A DNA stretch of 32,000 nt from Flavobacteriaceae bacterium (GTDB lineage Bacteria; Bacteroidota; Bacteroidia; Flavobacteriales; Flavobacteriaceae), in contig OZ245049.1 of the NCBI GenBank assembly GCA_965224465.1, positions 2,130,001 through 2,162,000 on the forward strand. The letters run 5' to 3'. This document shows positions 9,342-17,730 of this stretch, piece by piece. Under the pieces are notes generated by a model. That model saw nothing but the letters and a program-made list of their open reading frames with translations, ran no database searches and was not told where the DNA came from. The position numbers and the translations under genes were made by a program. Each line of letters opens with the position of its first letter. Positions within the stretch are counted from its first letter, which is position 1.

Positions 9342-9848
9342 TTAATTTTCTTGTAAAATTGCTTTTAATGGGATGGATTCAATATCGTTAGTGATTTGAA
9401 CTTCTAACGTATCGTTTTCTAGTTTTATTCCATTATGTTCATAATCTAATTTCTGATCATCTAAGTTAAACTTAAACGTTTTCCCCACAGCGTTGCTACT
9501 TTCTATTACGAGCATAATTTCTTCATCAACATCAATATCATTTTTTTCAAGTTCATTCCCCTCTAAATCTTCTATATGATATTTATTGATCTCTGGTTCA
9601 TCATTTAAAACTGTTGGTTCAACAGTATCTTCCTTAAAAGTTTCTCTCCAAGAGGCAGAATACACACCAAACGAGTTAGAATCTTCTACACCAGCACAGG
9701 TAATTTCTAAAGTTTCCGTCATTGGATCTGAGCCTGTAGAAGAAAAATTGGTTTTCCAATTTACAAGATGACAGTCATAGAAAAATATTTTTCTTGTTTT
9801 CCCTCCCAGAATAAATATTGCTTTTAATGGAGTCGTTACATTTATCTG
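9342..9848 (-). pseudogene. tssD: 5'-truncated tssD (from about codon 72) fused to C-terminal extension type 2
   Basis: The frame reads ...ILGGKTRKIFFYDCHLVNWKTNFSSTGSDPMTETLEITCAGVEDSNSFGVYSASWRETFKEDTVEPTVL, as in the full hcp genes, then a different 84-aa tail. It is open upstream to 9848. No start codon before the internal ATG at 9722 (track ORF 9342..9722). Confidence 0.75.
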
Positions 9849-10534
9849 TCAAATATAATATCTCCAAATAAATTAATTTCAAACTCTTTTTTAATAGAAA
9901 ACAACAAGTTAAACTCATTTGTTTTCTTGTTGTATTTTCTAACAAAATAAGTGTTGTTTTTTACTGTTTTTAAAAATTTTACATTTTTTAATTCATCTAT
10001 TCTATGATTGGTTTCTTTCCATGTTTTTCCATAATCACTAGAGTAATAAGTAACGTTTTTATCAAAGTCATAACATTCTAAAATTCCACTATTGATTGAA
10101 AGAGATTCATTTGAAAGGTTTCTATTAAAAGGTAAAATTTTCTCTATGTTTTTTTTGCTCCAATTACTACCATTATCAGTACTTATATATAAATATTGAG
10201 GAGACGTATCACCATCTGAATTCTTTTTAGAAACAAAAGAGATTGTTTCTTTAATTGTACCTAAGCCATCAAAGATATTTTCATATTCATTGAGGTTAAA
10301 CATTTTTATACTCCATGTTTTTCCTGCGTCATTTGAGATAAATAAATAAGGATTTATTGTTGTGAAAATAATTAAATCACCTTTTTCAATAACACCAGAC
10401 ATTCCTTGTATTTCATATATCTTACTAATAGCATAGTTATTCCATTCATATCTAAACAATCCATATATAAAAATACAGATAAGTATAATTACCATGGTTA
10501 CTATCGTAATTACCATTTTATATCTATTTTTCAT
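9842..10534 (-). CDS. membrane-anchored BNR/Asp-box repeat protein (immunity candidate for the NodB effector)
   Basis: N-terminal TM helix. Three SxDxGxTW-type Asp boxes (SNDAGKTWS, STDNGSNWS, SSDYGKTWK). The start is 1 nt after the deacetylase stop. Confidence 0.6.
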   Translation of the reverse strand: MKNRYKMVITIVTMVIILICIFIYGLFRYEWNNYAISKIYEIQGMSGVIEKGDLIIFTTINPYLFISNDAGKTWSIKMFNLNEYENIFDGLGTIKETISFVSKKNSDGDTSPQYLYISTDNGSNWSKKNIEKILPFNRNLSNESLSINSGILECYDFDKNVTYYSSDYGKTWKETNHRIDELKNVKFLKTVKNNTYFVRKYNKKTNEFNLLFSIKKEFEINLFGDIIFDR

Positions 10535-11315
10535 TTTAATAGTTACTTATAACATCAAAGTTATAGTTTTTCTTTTTAAGTTTTTTTATGAGTGCTTTTA
10601 GTTTGTCAGCTTCATTATTTCTAAAAGCTCTATCATGCATTAATAAAACAATTTTATTTTGTTTTTGAGAATTATCATATTCGAACCACCAGTGAGATGA
10701 AACATCTTCAATTTTATCAAAAACATCATCTGGTGAATCAGTAAGTTTATCAAAATCTTTGTATTCGTCAGAATAAAAATCTATAAAAGGATGCATTTCT
10801 GATTCATTACTCCAATTTAATGTATTGTTTGCTGCTTTTGTTTTAACTTGCTTAACTGCTTCATCATGTGCCTCAAAAGACATACTCCATTCTGTGTCCC
10901 ATCCATAAATAACATACTCTTTTTGGTGTAATAAATCGGCTTCGTCTAATGTATCCATATTGTTATCACTATCAGTAATTTGTATTTTAGGGTATCGCCA
11001 AGTGTTTCGCCCAGGGAATCTTGCTAATTTAATCTGATTACCTCCTAATAATTTATCAGTTTTTCTAAAATCTTCAAGAACACTTCTTCGTTCAAATGTC
11101 CCATCAGGTTTCTTACCTATTTTTAATCCCTCATTATAATAGTGTTTATAGAAATCATTTGCGTGGGAATAACTGTGATTAGCAATTTCATGATTTTCTT
11201 TTATTTCATTCAAAAGGGTTTCCTTTTCATCATTGCCGTAATGTATTCCATAATTAACAATATTGATGCCTGTTAAGAAAAACGTAGCTCTCACTCCTGT
11301 TTCTTTTAATACTTT

Positions 11316-12583
11316 GGTTCTACCACGATTTGTGTGGGTATAAATCTAAACCTCCATTAAAAAACAGTATTGCACTTCTAAAATTCACGAAAGTCCTGTA
11401 GCCTTTACCAATAGATTTTATTTCTTGTATTTTACCATTTAGTCTTTCTGCCATTGCATTAGAAGCAGTCTCAACCATTGCATTACACACCCCTTCTATA
11501 TGGTTATTAAACATCCTAGCAACCTTTATAATTTCTTTAATTTTTGTTTCCAAAACACTTGCTCCCCATTTGATAAAAAGACCTAAAGCAACTTTCAAGG
11601 ATGGACTTCTAAATATATTTTTAAAATTTTCTTTAGCTAACCATGCTTTACTTGCTTGATAATTTGCTTCTTGTATTTTGTCAAATAATACTCTTTGTTT
11701 ATCCGTTAAGTTTTCTTTATTTTTAAGCAATACAAATCTACTATTTTTAAGACCTTCTTCTTTTTTCACTTCACGTCTGCGAACTTTATCTATAGCATCA
11801 TTTAAGTACTTTACTAAGTGAAATCGATCATGGACAACTTTCGCTTTTGGAAAAACTTCTTTTACTGACGATAAATAGGCCTTCCACATGTCAATAGAGA
11901 CAGTCTCTACTTCATCTCTATTTATCTCATTTACAATCTTTTCAAGTAAAATTTTAGTCTCTTTTTTAGTCCTACCTTCTGCAACATCAATTACAATTCC
12001 TGTACTCGGATCACTAACTACAGTCACATAGTTATGCCCCTTTTTGAAAGCTTTTTCATCTATACTTAGATGAGAAAATCTTTGGTTTTCTGACCTATTA
12101 GAAAGCCCTCTTTTTACAGAAGTATGTATGATTCGGTTTACAATATTAAAGCCACAACGTAATAGTTTAGCCGTTTGAGTTTGATTTCTTGTTGCTTTCA
12201 ATAAGTCTATAGTTAGCCTTTCAAATAGGTAAGTATGACGATAAAAATTACTAGCCCATGGTACCGTTATCGTTTTAACGCCTTTAGTTGACTTAACTCT
12301 TGGGACTTTACAATTAATGTAGGTTTTGAATTGTAAGGTGTCTAAATGACGCCATCTACGAGTACTTCTATGATCATAAATACTACACAACTCTTCTGTG
12401 TCTGGACAAGATGCTCTTGTTGGTAGATAGTCTATAAATATGTCTATTTCTGAATCTAGATAATTAACTTTTACATCACAAACCTTCCAATCTGTTCCTA
12501 AATTTAATAGTAACTCAAACAGTTTTGTTGAAAACATCTTTTTGAGGTAAAGATACTAATTCCACAACATTCGTGGTAGAACC
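11316..12583 (-). mobile_element. ISL3-family insertion sequence (1268 bp) with 8-bp TSD
   Basis: IRs GGTTCTACCACGATTTGTGTGG and (reverse complement) GGTTCTACCACGAATGTTGTGG. TSD AATACTTT at 11308-11315 and 12584-12591. Confidence 0.9.
11320..12537 (-). CDS. ISL3 family transposase
   Basis: 405 aa. Has an RRWRHLDT zinc-finger-proximal region, SIDEKAFKKGHNYVTVV, SIDMWKAY, HDRFHLVKYL and MAERLNGKIQEIK motifs, as in ISL3 transposases. Confidence 0.9.
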   Translation of the reverse strand: MFSTKLFELLLNLGTDWKVCDVKVNYLDSEIDIFIDYLPTRASCPDTEELCSIYDHRSTRRWRHLDTLQFKTYINCKVPRVKSTKGVKTITVPWASNFYRHTYLFERLTIDLLKATRNQTQTAKLLRCGFNIVNRIIHTSVKRGLSNRSENQRFSHLSIDEKAFKKGHNYVTVVSDPSTGIVIDVAEGRTKKETKILLEKIVNEINRDEVETVSIDMWKAYLSSVKEVFPKAKVVHDRFHLVKYLNDAIDKVRRREVKKEEGLKNSRFVLLKNKENLTDKQRVLFDKIQEANYQASKAWLAKENFKNIFRSPSLKVALGLFIKWGASVLETKIKEIIKVARMFNNHIEGVCNAMVETASNAMAERLNGKIQEIKSIGKGYRTFVNFRSAILFFNGGLDLYPHKSW

Positions 12584-12722
12584 AATACTTTTAATATTTC
12601 CTTTGTTCCTGGCTGAATTCCATCATCAAATGTAAGAAAAACAGTTTTTTTCTTAGACACCTTAGGCAGTTTAATCGTAGTTTTAGTATTTGGATACCCT
12701 TTTATTATTACTGTTGCCATAA

Positions 12723-12998
12723 TTAATTTTCTTGTAAAATTGCTTTTAATGGAATGGATTCAATATCGTTAGTGATCTGAACTTCTAACGTATCGTTTTC
12801 TAGTTTTATTCCATTATGTTCATAATCTAATTTCTGATCATCTAAGTTAAATTTAAACGTTTTCCCCACAGCGTTGCTACTTTCTATTACGAGCATAATT
12901 TCTTCATCAACATCAATATCATTTTTTTCAAGTTCATTCCCCTCTAAATCTTCTATATGATATTTATTGATCTCTGGTTCATCATTTAAAACTGTTGG
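12723..12998 (-). pseudogene. orphan extension-2 fragment (no hcp core, no start codon)
   Basis: Frame PTVLNDEPEINKYHIEDLEG...IPLKAILQEN*, preceded directly by an in-frame TGA (12999-13001). Near-identical to 9342..9617 and 19955..20230. Confidence 0.75.
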
Positions 12999-13090
12999 TC
13001 ATAATTACTCAGCTTTCAGTGCAACAAGACGATAAAATTAGTCGAAGCCCACGAACCTACGTAATTTCAATCGCTAGGTATTAGGCAACG
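12999..13090. repeat. inter-cassette element S, copy 1
   Basis: 92 nt, by eye identical to 20231..20322. Contains the imperfect inverted repeat CGATTGAAATTA / TAATTTTATCG (read on the - strand). Diverged relatives at about 5955-6043 and 24095-24175. Confidence 0.6.
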
Positions 13091-13663
13091 TTATAATATT
13101 CCTAATTTTTTTTTAAATTCTTCTGTTATGTAGTGTTCTAGTTCATCGAAAGTAAAGAATACTTCATATAATGAAAAATCATTATCAGAGTCTCTTAAAT
13201 TTTCCACTAACCCATTCGTGAATTTTATTCCTAATACTTTTTTTTGATTTTTAGTGATAATCCATGGCACTGGAATTTCACTAATGGTAAACTCATCAGG
13301 GTATTCTTTATTTATTCTTTTTTGAATTGTATTTACAAGTTTATTATCTGTATTATTAAAGAAATCTTTAATTGTTATCAATTCTGAATTATCAATATTA
13401 AAATTATATATGTAAGAATATCCTGTTAGATATGCTGTATATGTTTCGATGTCTAATTGAATACTAACAATATGCTTATTAAGGAAATGAATTGCATAAT
13501 TACTATTATTAAATGAATAGCAATTATTTGAACAACATTTAGTATTCAAATAATCAGTAAAATTATTAATGGTCTTTTTTAAACTAATTGAATCAATTAT
13601 GTTTGCTTTATTAATAAAGACAAACTCTTCAACTTCCTTTTTTATAATATAATTAAGAATATC

Positions 13664-15078
13664 GGTTGTGTAATTTAAACTCTGTCTGCTTGTTTTTTTC
13701 TACGTTTTAAAATAGTTCGATTTTCTCTTCATAAGGCTGCTTTAAAAATCGAACTATTTTAAAATGAGCCCCAGCGGCTAGCGTCACGAATTGCTTCCGT
13801 TTTTATGTAAATCCAACGTTATTCGATCTTCAAATTTAATATATAATTGTTGAATTGTCAAGCACCAATTATGTAAAGGGTTTGTCCATTTTTTTTCGAT
13901 ATTTTTTGTTGCTAAGTAAACAAGCTTTAATAGTGCCATATCACTGGTAAAAGCCCCTTTTGTTTTAGTTACTTTTCTTACCTGTCTATGAAAACCTTCT
14001 ACTGCATTTGTTGTGTAAATTATTTTTCTGATAGGTTCTGTATACTGAAAAAACTGAGATAACTCTTCCCAATTACGGTTCCAACTTTCTAAAACTACAG
14101 GGTGTTTTTCTCCCCATTTTTCTTCTAATTTCAATAACTCCAACTCAGCAATATCCTTATTAACAGCCTTGTAAACAAGCTTTAAATCTCGAATAAATTC
14201 TTTTTGGTCTTTGGAAGCTATATACTTTAAAGAATTACGAATTTGATGAACAATACACTTTTGAATTTGTGTTTTAGGAAATACACTCAAGATAGCTTCT
14301 GAAAACCCTTTTAAGTTGTCTGTACAGGCAATTAGGATATCCTTAAGCCCTCTGTTATTAAGGTCTGTCAATACTTGAAGCCAAAAATTTGCGCCTTCAC
14401 TTTCTGAAATATACATTCCTAAAACCTCTTTGATCCCTTCTTTATTTACTCCTAAAACATTGTAAAGTGCTTTGTGTTGTATTTTACCGTCTACTTTTAC
14501 CTTGTAATGCATAGCGTCAAGCCAAACAATGCAGTACATCTGTTCTATTGGACGACTTTGCCATTGTTTTATATCTGGTATGATCTTATCTGTAATTTGA
14601 CTTAAAACAGTGTGTGATATATCTGTATCATACATCTCTTTTATATGACCAGAAATATCGCGTAAGCTCATTCCTAGGCCGTATAATCCAATGATCTTAT
14701 CTGATAAATTATCTGCTAAAATGGTTTGACGCTTTTTTATCAGAACAGGCTCGAAACTACTATTTCTATCCGCTGGCGTGCTTATTTCAAAACTACCAAT
14801 ACTAGTTTTAACAGTCTTTTTGCCCTTTCCATTACGTTTATTCCCTTTAGAACGTTCCTCTTCACTAAGGTGTGATTCCATTTCTGCTTCCAATGCTTTC
14901 TCAAGAAATTGTTTCATTAAAGGAGCAAAGGCACCTTCTTTTCCGAATAAACTTTTTCCTGATAATAATTGATCCAATGCCTTTTTTTCAATGTTGGCTA
15001 ACTCGTCTTTTGTCATGTTTTCTGTTTGAATAAAGTTAATACTTTTTTTTATTCAGACAGAGTTGAGTTTACAGTCCC
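13664..15078 (-). mobile_element. IS256-family insertion sequence, copy 2 (1415 bp) with 8-bp TSD
   Basis: Same ends as copy 1. TSD AGAATATC at 13656-13663 and 15079-15086. The intact paralog has a single AGAATATC at about 20888-20895. Confidence 0.95.
13784..15016 (-). CDS. IS256 family transposase (copy 2)
   Basis: 410 aa. Differs from copy 1 at two residues (C55R, Y304H). Confidence 0.95.
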   Translation of the reverse strand: MTKDELANIEKKALDQLLSGKSLFGKEGAFAPLMKQFLEKALEAEMESHLSEEERSKGNKRNGKGKKTVKTSIGSFEISTPADRNSSFEPVLIKKRQTILADNLSDKIIGLYGLGMSLRDISGHIKEMYDTDISHTVLSQITDKIIPDIKQWQSRPIEQMYCIVWLDAMHYKVKVDGKIQHKALYNVLGVNKEGIKEVLGMYISESEGANFWLQVLTDLNNRGLKDILIACTDNLKGFSEAILSVFPKTQIQKCIVHQIRNSLKYIASKDQKEFIRDLKLVYKAVNKDIAELELLKLEEKWGEKHPVVLESWNRNWEELSQFFQYTEPIRKIIYTTNAVEGFHRQVRKVTKTKGAFTSDMALLKLVYLATKNIEKKWTNPLHNWCLTIQQLYIKFEDRITLDLHKNGSNS

Positions 15079-15284
15079 AGAATATCAGATGATTTTTTTG
15101 AATCAAAATTAAAAAACGGAAGATTATAATTACTGAGGATTTCTCCATCACATACTATTGTATCTTTTATAGAACTAACTACAATTTTTGTTTTATTAGT
15201 AGTATTAATTTGACTTTTACAAGAAGTGGTCAATAATACTACTAGCAGAAAAATAATATAATTATTTATCTTTTTCATCTTCGT

Positions 15285-16559
15285 TTATTTTAGTTGTATT
15301 GGTTTTAATTTTAAATCTGAAGTAATTTCAAAAGGGATAACATTAATACCTTTGACGGTTGTTTTAATAGGATTTTGTTTGCGTAATTCTTTTAATAGGA
15401 TTTCTGCTTTTGGGTCTTTTAAATTTACAGTTACTGTTTTTCCTTTCACTTTAGTTTTAACCAATATATCTTTTGAAATAGCTAACAAGATATTTTCAAT
15501 TTCATCTTTTTGCTCTTTTGTTCCAGTCTTATGAATCTCTTTGTAATGTTTGTAAACTTTAAAAGCTTCATCGTCTTTTGCTTTTAATGTATAATCTTTT
15601 CTTTCTTCTATACCATTGGTTCCTCCATTAATTCTTTTGGACACTTTTTTTATACTATCTTTATTGGAATATTCATAAACCTTTCCATTGCCAATCATCC
15701 AATACCAAAGTGCAGATTGAGTAGCATAGATTGGATTTGCTTTGTCTTCTATTTTTTTTGAGTTTATAGCTTTAGTGAAATCTAAATTTACTGAAGCATC
15801 ATTAGAAAAAGGATGTTTTTTTCTGTAATCAGAAAAAATAGTGTAATTATTCTTTCCTGTTAATTGAATGATACCTCTACCTAGAAAATTGTAACCATCA
15901 TCACCTCCATTATGTCCCAAGTCTTTTCTGTTTGAATATTTCCTATTGGCTATTTCTTTTTCATTGTGAGAATGAGATAATACTTGAACATAAATAGTTT
16001 TCTCTTCGTTAAGGTAAATTTTTTCTTGATATTTCTTTTTTTTAGTATAACCATAAATATATGCTGGATTTAGCTTATCACAATTAGCATATTTATCTTT
16101 TTTATCTTTATCCTTTTTTTTATCAGCTTCTTTTCTGTTATCTATAATTTTGAATTTATCTTTATATGTCTTAATATTAGCGTCAGTAAGTTTTATTAGT
16201 TCGCTCTCTGTATAGTATTTCTTAAGACTAGATGGCTTATAAGCCATATCTTCTTTTAGAGTATAAAACTTTTTACTTTCAACTAGACATTGAGAAATAA
16301 AATGAGCTTTACGTAAGCAAGTATCTAGTTTATAAGTTTTTCTGTAGTCATTGAGGTACTTTATGATTTTTTTTGCTAAAATTTCGTTTACATTAGGTTC
16401 AATGTGTTTTATTTGCTCTATTGTTATTTCTTCTTTGCAGTAAGGGCAAGGTTCTGTTTTTTTTATGGTAAGAGGTGTTTCTTTGTACGGAAGTAACTCA
16501 CCGTTGTAATATACCCTTGGTATATAAGTTATTGTTTTAAGCTTTTTCTTTTCAGCCAT
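15285..16559 (-). CDS. GH19/COG3179-type (chitinase/lysozyme-like) peptidoglycan hydrolase effector, copy 1
   Basis: 424 aa. Pattern ITIEQIKHI-P-...LNDYRKTYKLDT-LRKAHFISQCLVESKKF...YSNRKDLGHNGGDDGYNFLGRGIIQLTGKNNY...ATQSALWYWM...RINGGTNGIEERK matches the phage/T6SS GH19-like lysozyme family. The start is 4 nt after the hcp stop. Confidence 0.75.
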   Translation of the reverse strand: MAEKKKLKTITYIPRVYYNGELLPYKETPLTIKKTEPCPYCKEEITIEQIKHIEPNVNEILAKKIIKYLNDYRKTYKLDTCLRKAHFISQCLVESKKFYTLKEDMAYKPSSLKKYYTESELIKLTDANIKTYKDKFKIIDNRKEADKKKDKDKKDKYANCDKLNPAYIYGYTKKKKYQEKIYLNEEKTIYVQVLSHSHNEKEIANRKYSNRKDLGHNGGDDGYNFLGRGIIQLTGKNNYTIFSDYRKKHPFSNDASVNLDFTKAINSKKIEDKANPIYATQSALWYWMIGNGKVYEYSNKDSIKKVSKRINGGTNGIEERKDYTLKAKDDEAFKVYKHYKEIHKTGTKEQKDEIENILLAISKDILVKTKVKGKTVTVNLKDPKAEILLKELRKQNPIKTTVKGINVIPFEITSDLKLKPIQLK

Positions 16560-16563
16560 GATT

Positions 16564-17232
16564 TTATTGTTTTAAAATTACTTCTCCATTTTCGTTAACG
16601 ATTCCTTTAAGTTCTATATTGTTTGTAGGATCATCATCTGCATCTTCTAATATTATTTTTAGTTCTTCACCTTCTTCTATATCTTTTACTTTTAAAAACA
16701 GTTGAGAATTAGAACTAATTTCAGCTTCTTTTATAGAGTTACCTTCTTCGTCTTTCCATTCTGTTTTTAGGATTTTAGGATTTTTTTCAATTTCTTGCTC
16801 TCTCTCTAATACTGTTGGTTCAACAGTATCTTCTTTAAAAGTTTCTCTCCAAGAGGCAGAATACACACCAAACGAGTTAGAATCTTCTACACCAGCACAG
16901 GTAATTTCTAAAGTTTCCGTCATTGGATCTGAGCCTGTAGAAGAAAAATTGGTTTTCCAATTTACAAGATGACAGTCATAGAAAAATATTTTTCTTGTTT
17001 TCCCTCCCACAATAACGGAATTAATATGTAATACTAGCTGTTTTGTTTGCCTGGAGGAAAAAGACCATTCCGTAAGATTTATGTCTTTTCTAGTTTCTAT
17101 AATTAGTTTAAAACCTAGAAATATAGGTGTCTGTGAGGGTCTGCCGTTAGGGTTTGCTCCTTGATTAAATCTGATCGTAAACAATAGTGCGTTTACTTCT
17201 TTTCCATCTATTATTAATGTTGCTTTTACCAT
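16564..17232 (-). CDS. tssD: T6SS-iii tube protein TssD (Hcp) with ~85-aa C-terminal extension type 1, copy 1
   Basis: 222 aa. Residues 1-~135 follow the Bacteroidetes TssD pattern (KATLIIDGKE, GRPSQ, IIETRKD, DPMTETLEI, SASW). The acidic beta-rich tail is not found in canonical ~130-aa TssD. Confidence 0.75.
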   Translation of the reverse strand: MVKATLIIDGKEVNALLFTIRFNQGANPNGRPSQTPIFLGFKLIIETRKDINLTEWSFSSRQTKQLVLHINSVIVGGKTRKIFFYDCHLVNWKTNFSSTGSDPMTETLEITCAGVEDSNSFGVYSASWRETFKEDTVEPTVLEREQEIEKNPKILKTEWKDEEGNSIKEAEISSNSQLFLKVKDIEEGEELKIILEDADDDPTNNIELKGIVNENGEVILKQ

Positions 17233-17294
17233 CGTTATTTTTTTCGTTTTAGGAAGGTGTTTTTAATGTTGCCAATAACCAGTGTCCAACATTG

Positions 17295-17302
17295 CAAAGC
17301 TA
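17295..17302 (-). promoter_or_regulatory. candidate -7 promoter box TAGCTTTG upstream of hcp copy 1
   Basis: TAnnTTTG match on the - strand about 55 nt upstream of the ATG. The same box is conserved at 23103-23110 and 25427-25434. Confidence 0.45.
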
Positions 17303-17659
17303 CCATCATTGAGTATCCATTTATCCTACAATGCAGCATTACGTTTATTATCCAGACACATATACCTGTAAGCGACTATCAAAGTTACATAAAATAGATA
17401 TATGCAATAATTGTTCTTTGACTGTATTTCCCTGTTTTTTTAGATACTTAAAAACCGTTACCTCAATATAGGCAATGCTTCAAAAAAGATAAAATTTAGA
17501 ACTAGACACTTATTTTTAGCTGTTTTTAACAGATAAAATTACAAATCGTTTACTCACAACGCTGAATTATCTGCACCTACTTATTAAAAAGGAAGGAAAC
17601 AATTTATATGAGCCATGTTGCTTTTTAGACAACAATTTAGTTAAACTTGATCTTTTAGA

Positions 17660-17730
17660 GTGGCACAAGTTGAACCATAAACACTGGCACTAAGCAACCA
17701 TAATCGGTGGCACAAATAGAACCGTGGTAG
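17660..17730. repeat. three tandem ~23-24 bp repeats (GTGGCACAAGTTGAACCATAAAC-like)
   Basis: Units start at 17660, 17684 and 17707. The paralogous regions at about 23465 and about 25978 carry one unit only. Confidence 0.7.

Larger units (their letters stand above)
10536..12720 (-). pseudogene. NodB-family polysaccharide/peptidoglycan deacetylase effector, interrupted by ISL3
   Basis: Removing 11316..12583 and one TSD copy joins MATVIIKGYPNTKTTIKLPKVSKKKTVFLTFDDGIQPGTKEILKVL to KETGVRATFFLTG... in frame. All five NodB motifs are present (TFDDG, HSYSH, RFPG, YGWDTEW, LLMHD). Confidence 0.85.
13091..15278 (-). pseudogene. lipoprotein immunity gene for the GH19-like effector, split by IS256 copy 2
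   Basis: N-terminal 67 codons at 15079..15278 and C-terminal ~190 codons at 13091..13663. Together they match the intact 254-aa paralog at 20323..21087. The insertion point is marked by the TSD AGAATATC. Confidence 0.9.

Noticed and set aside
13030-13060. GGTTCGTGGGCTTCGAC (- strand of element S) looked like a tRNA T-arm
   Set aside because: No acceptor stem, anticodon arm or D-arm can be drawn around it, so it is not a tRNA or tRNA fragment.
17660-17730. TGGCAC motifs that resemble the -24 element of sigma-54 promoters
   Set aside because: The following TTG/GCA elements are 2 nt too close for the TGGCAC-N5-TTGC spacing. The motifs are also on the + strand, which has no downstream gene. Treated as a plain tandem repeat.
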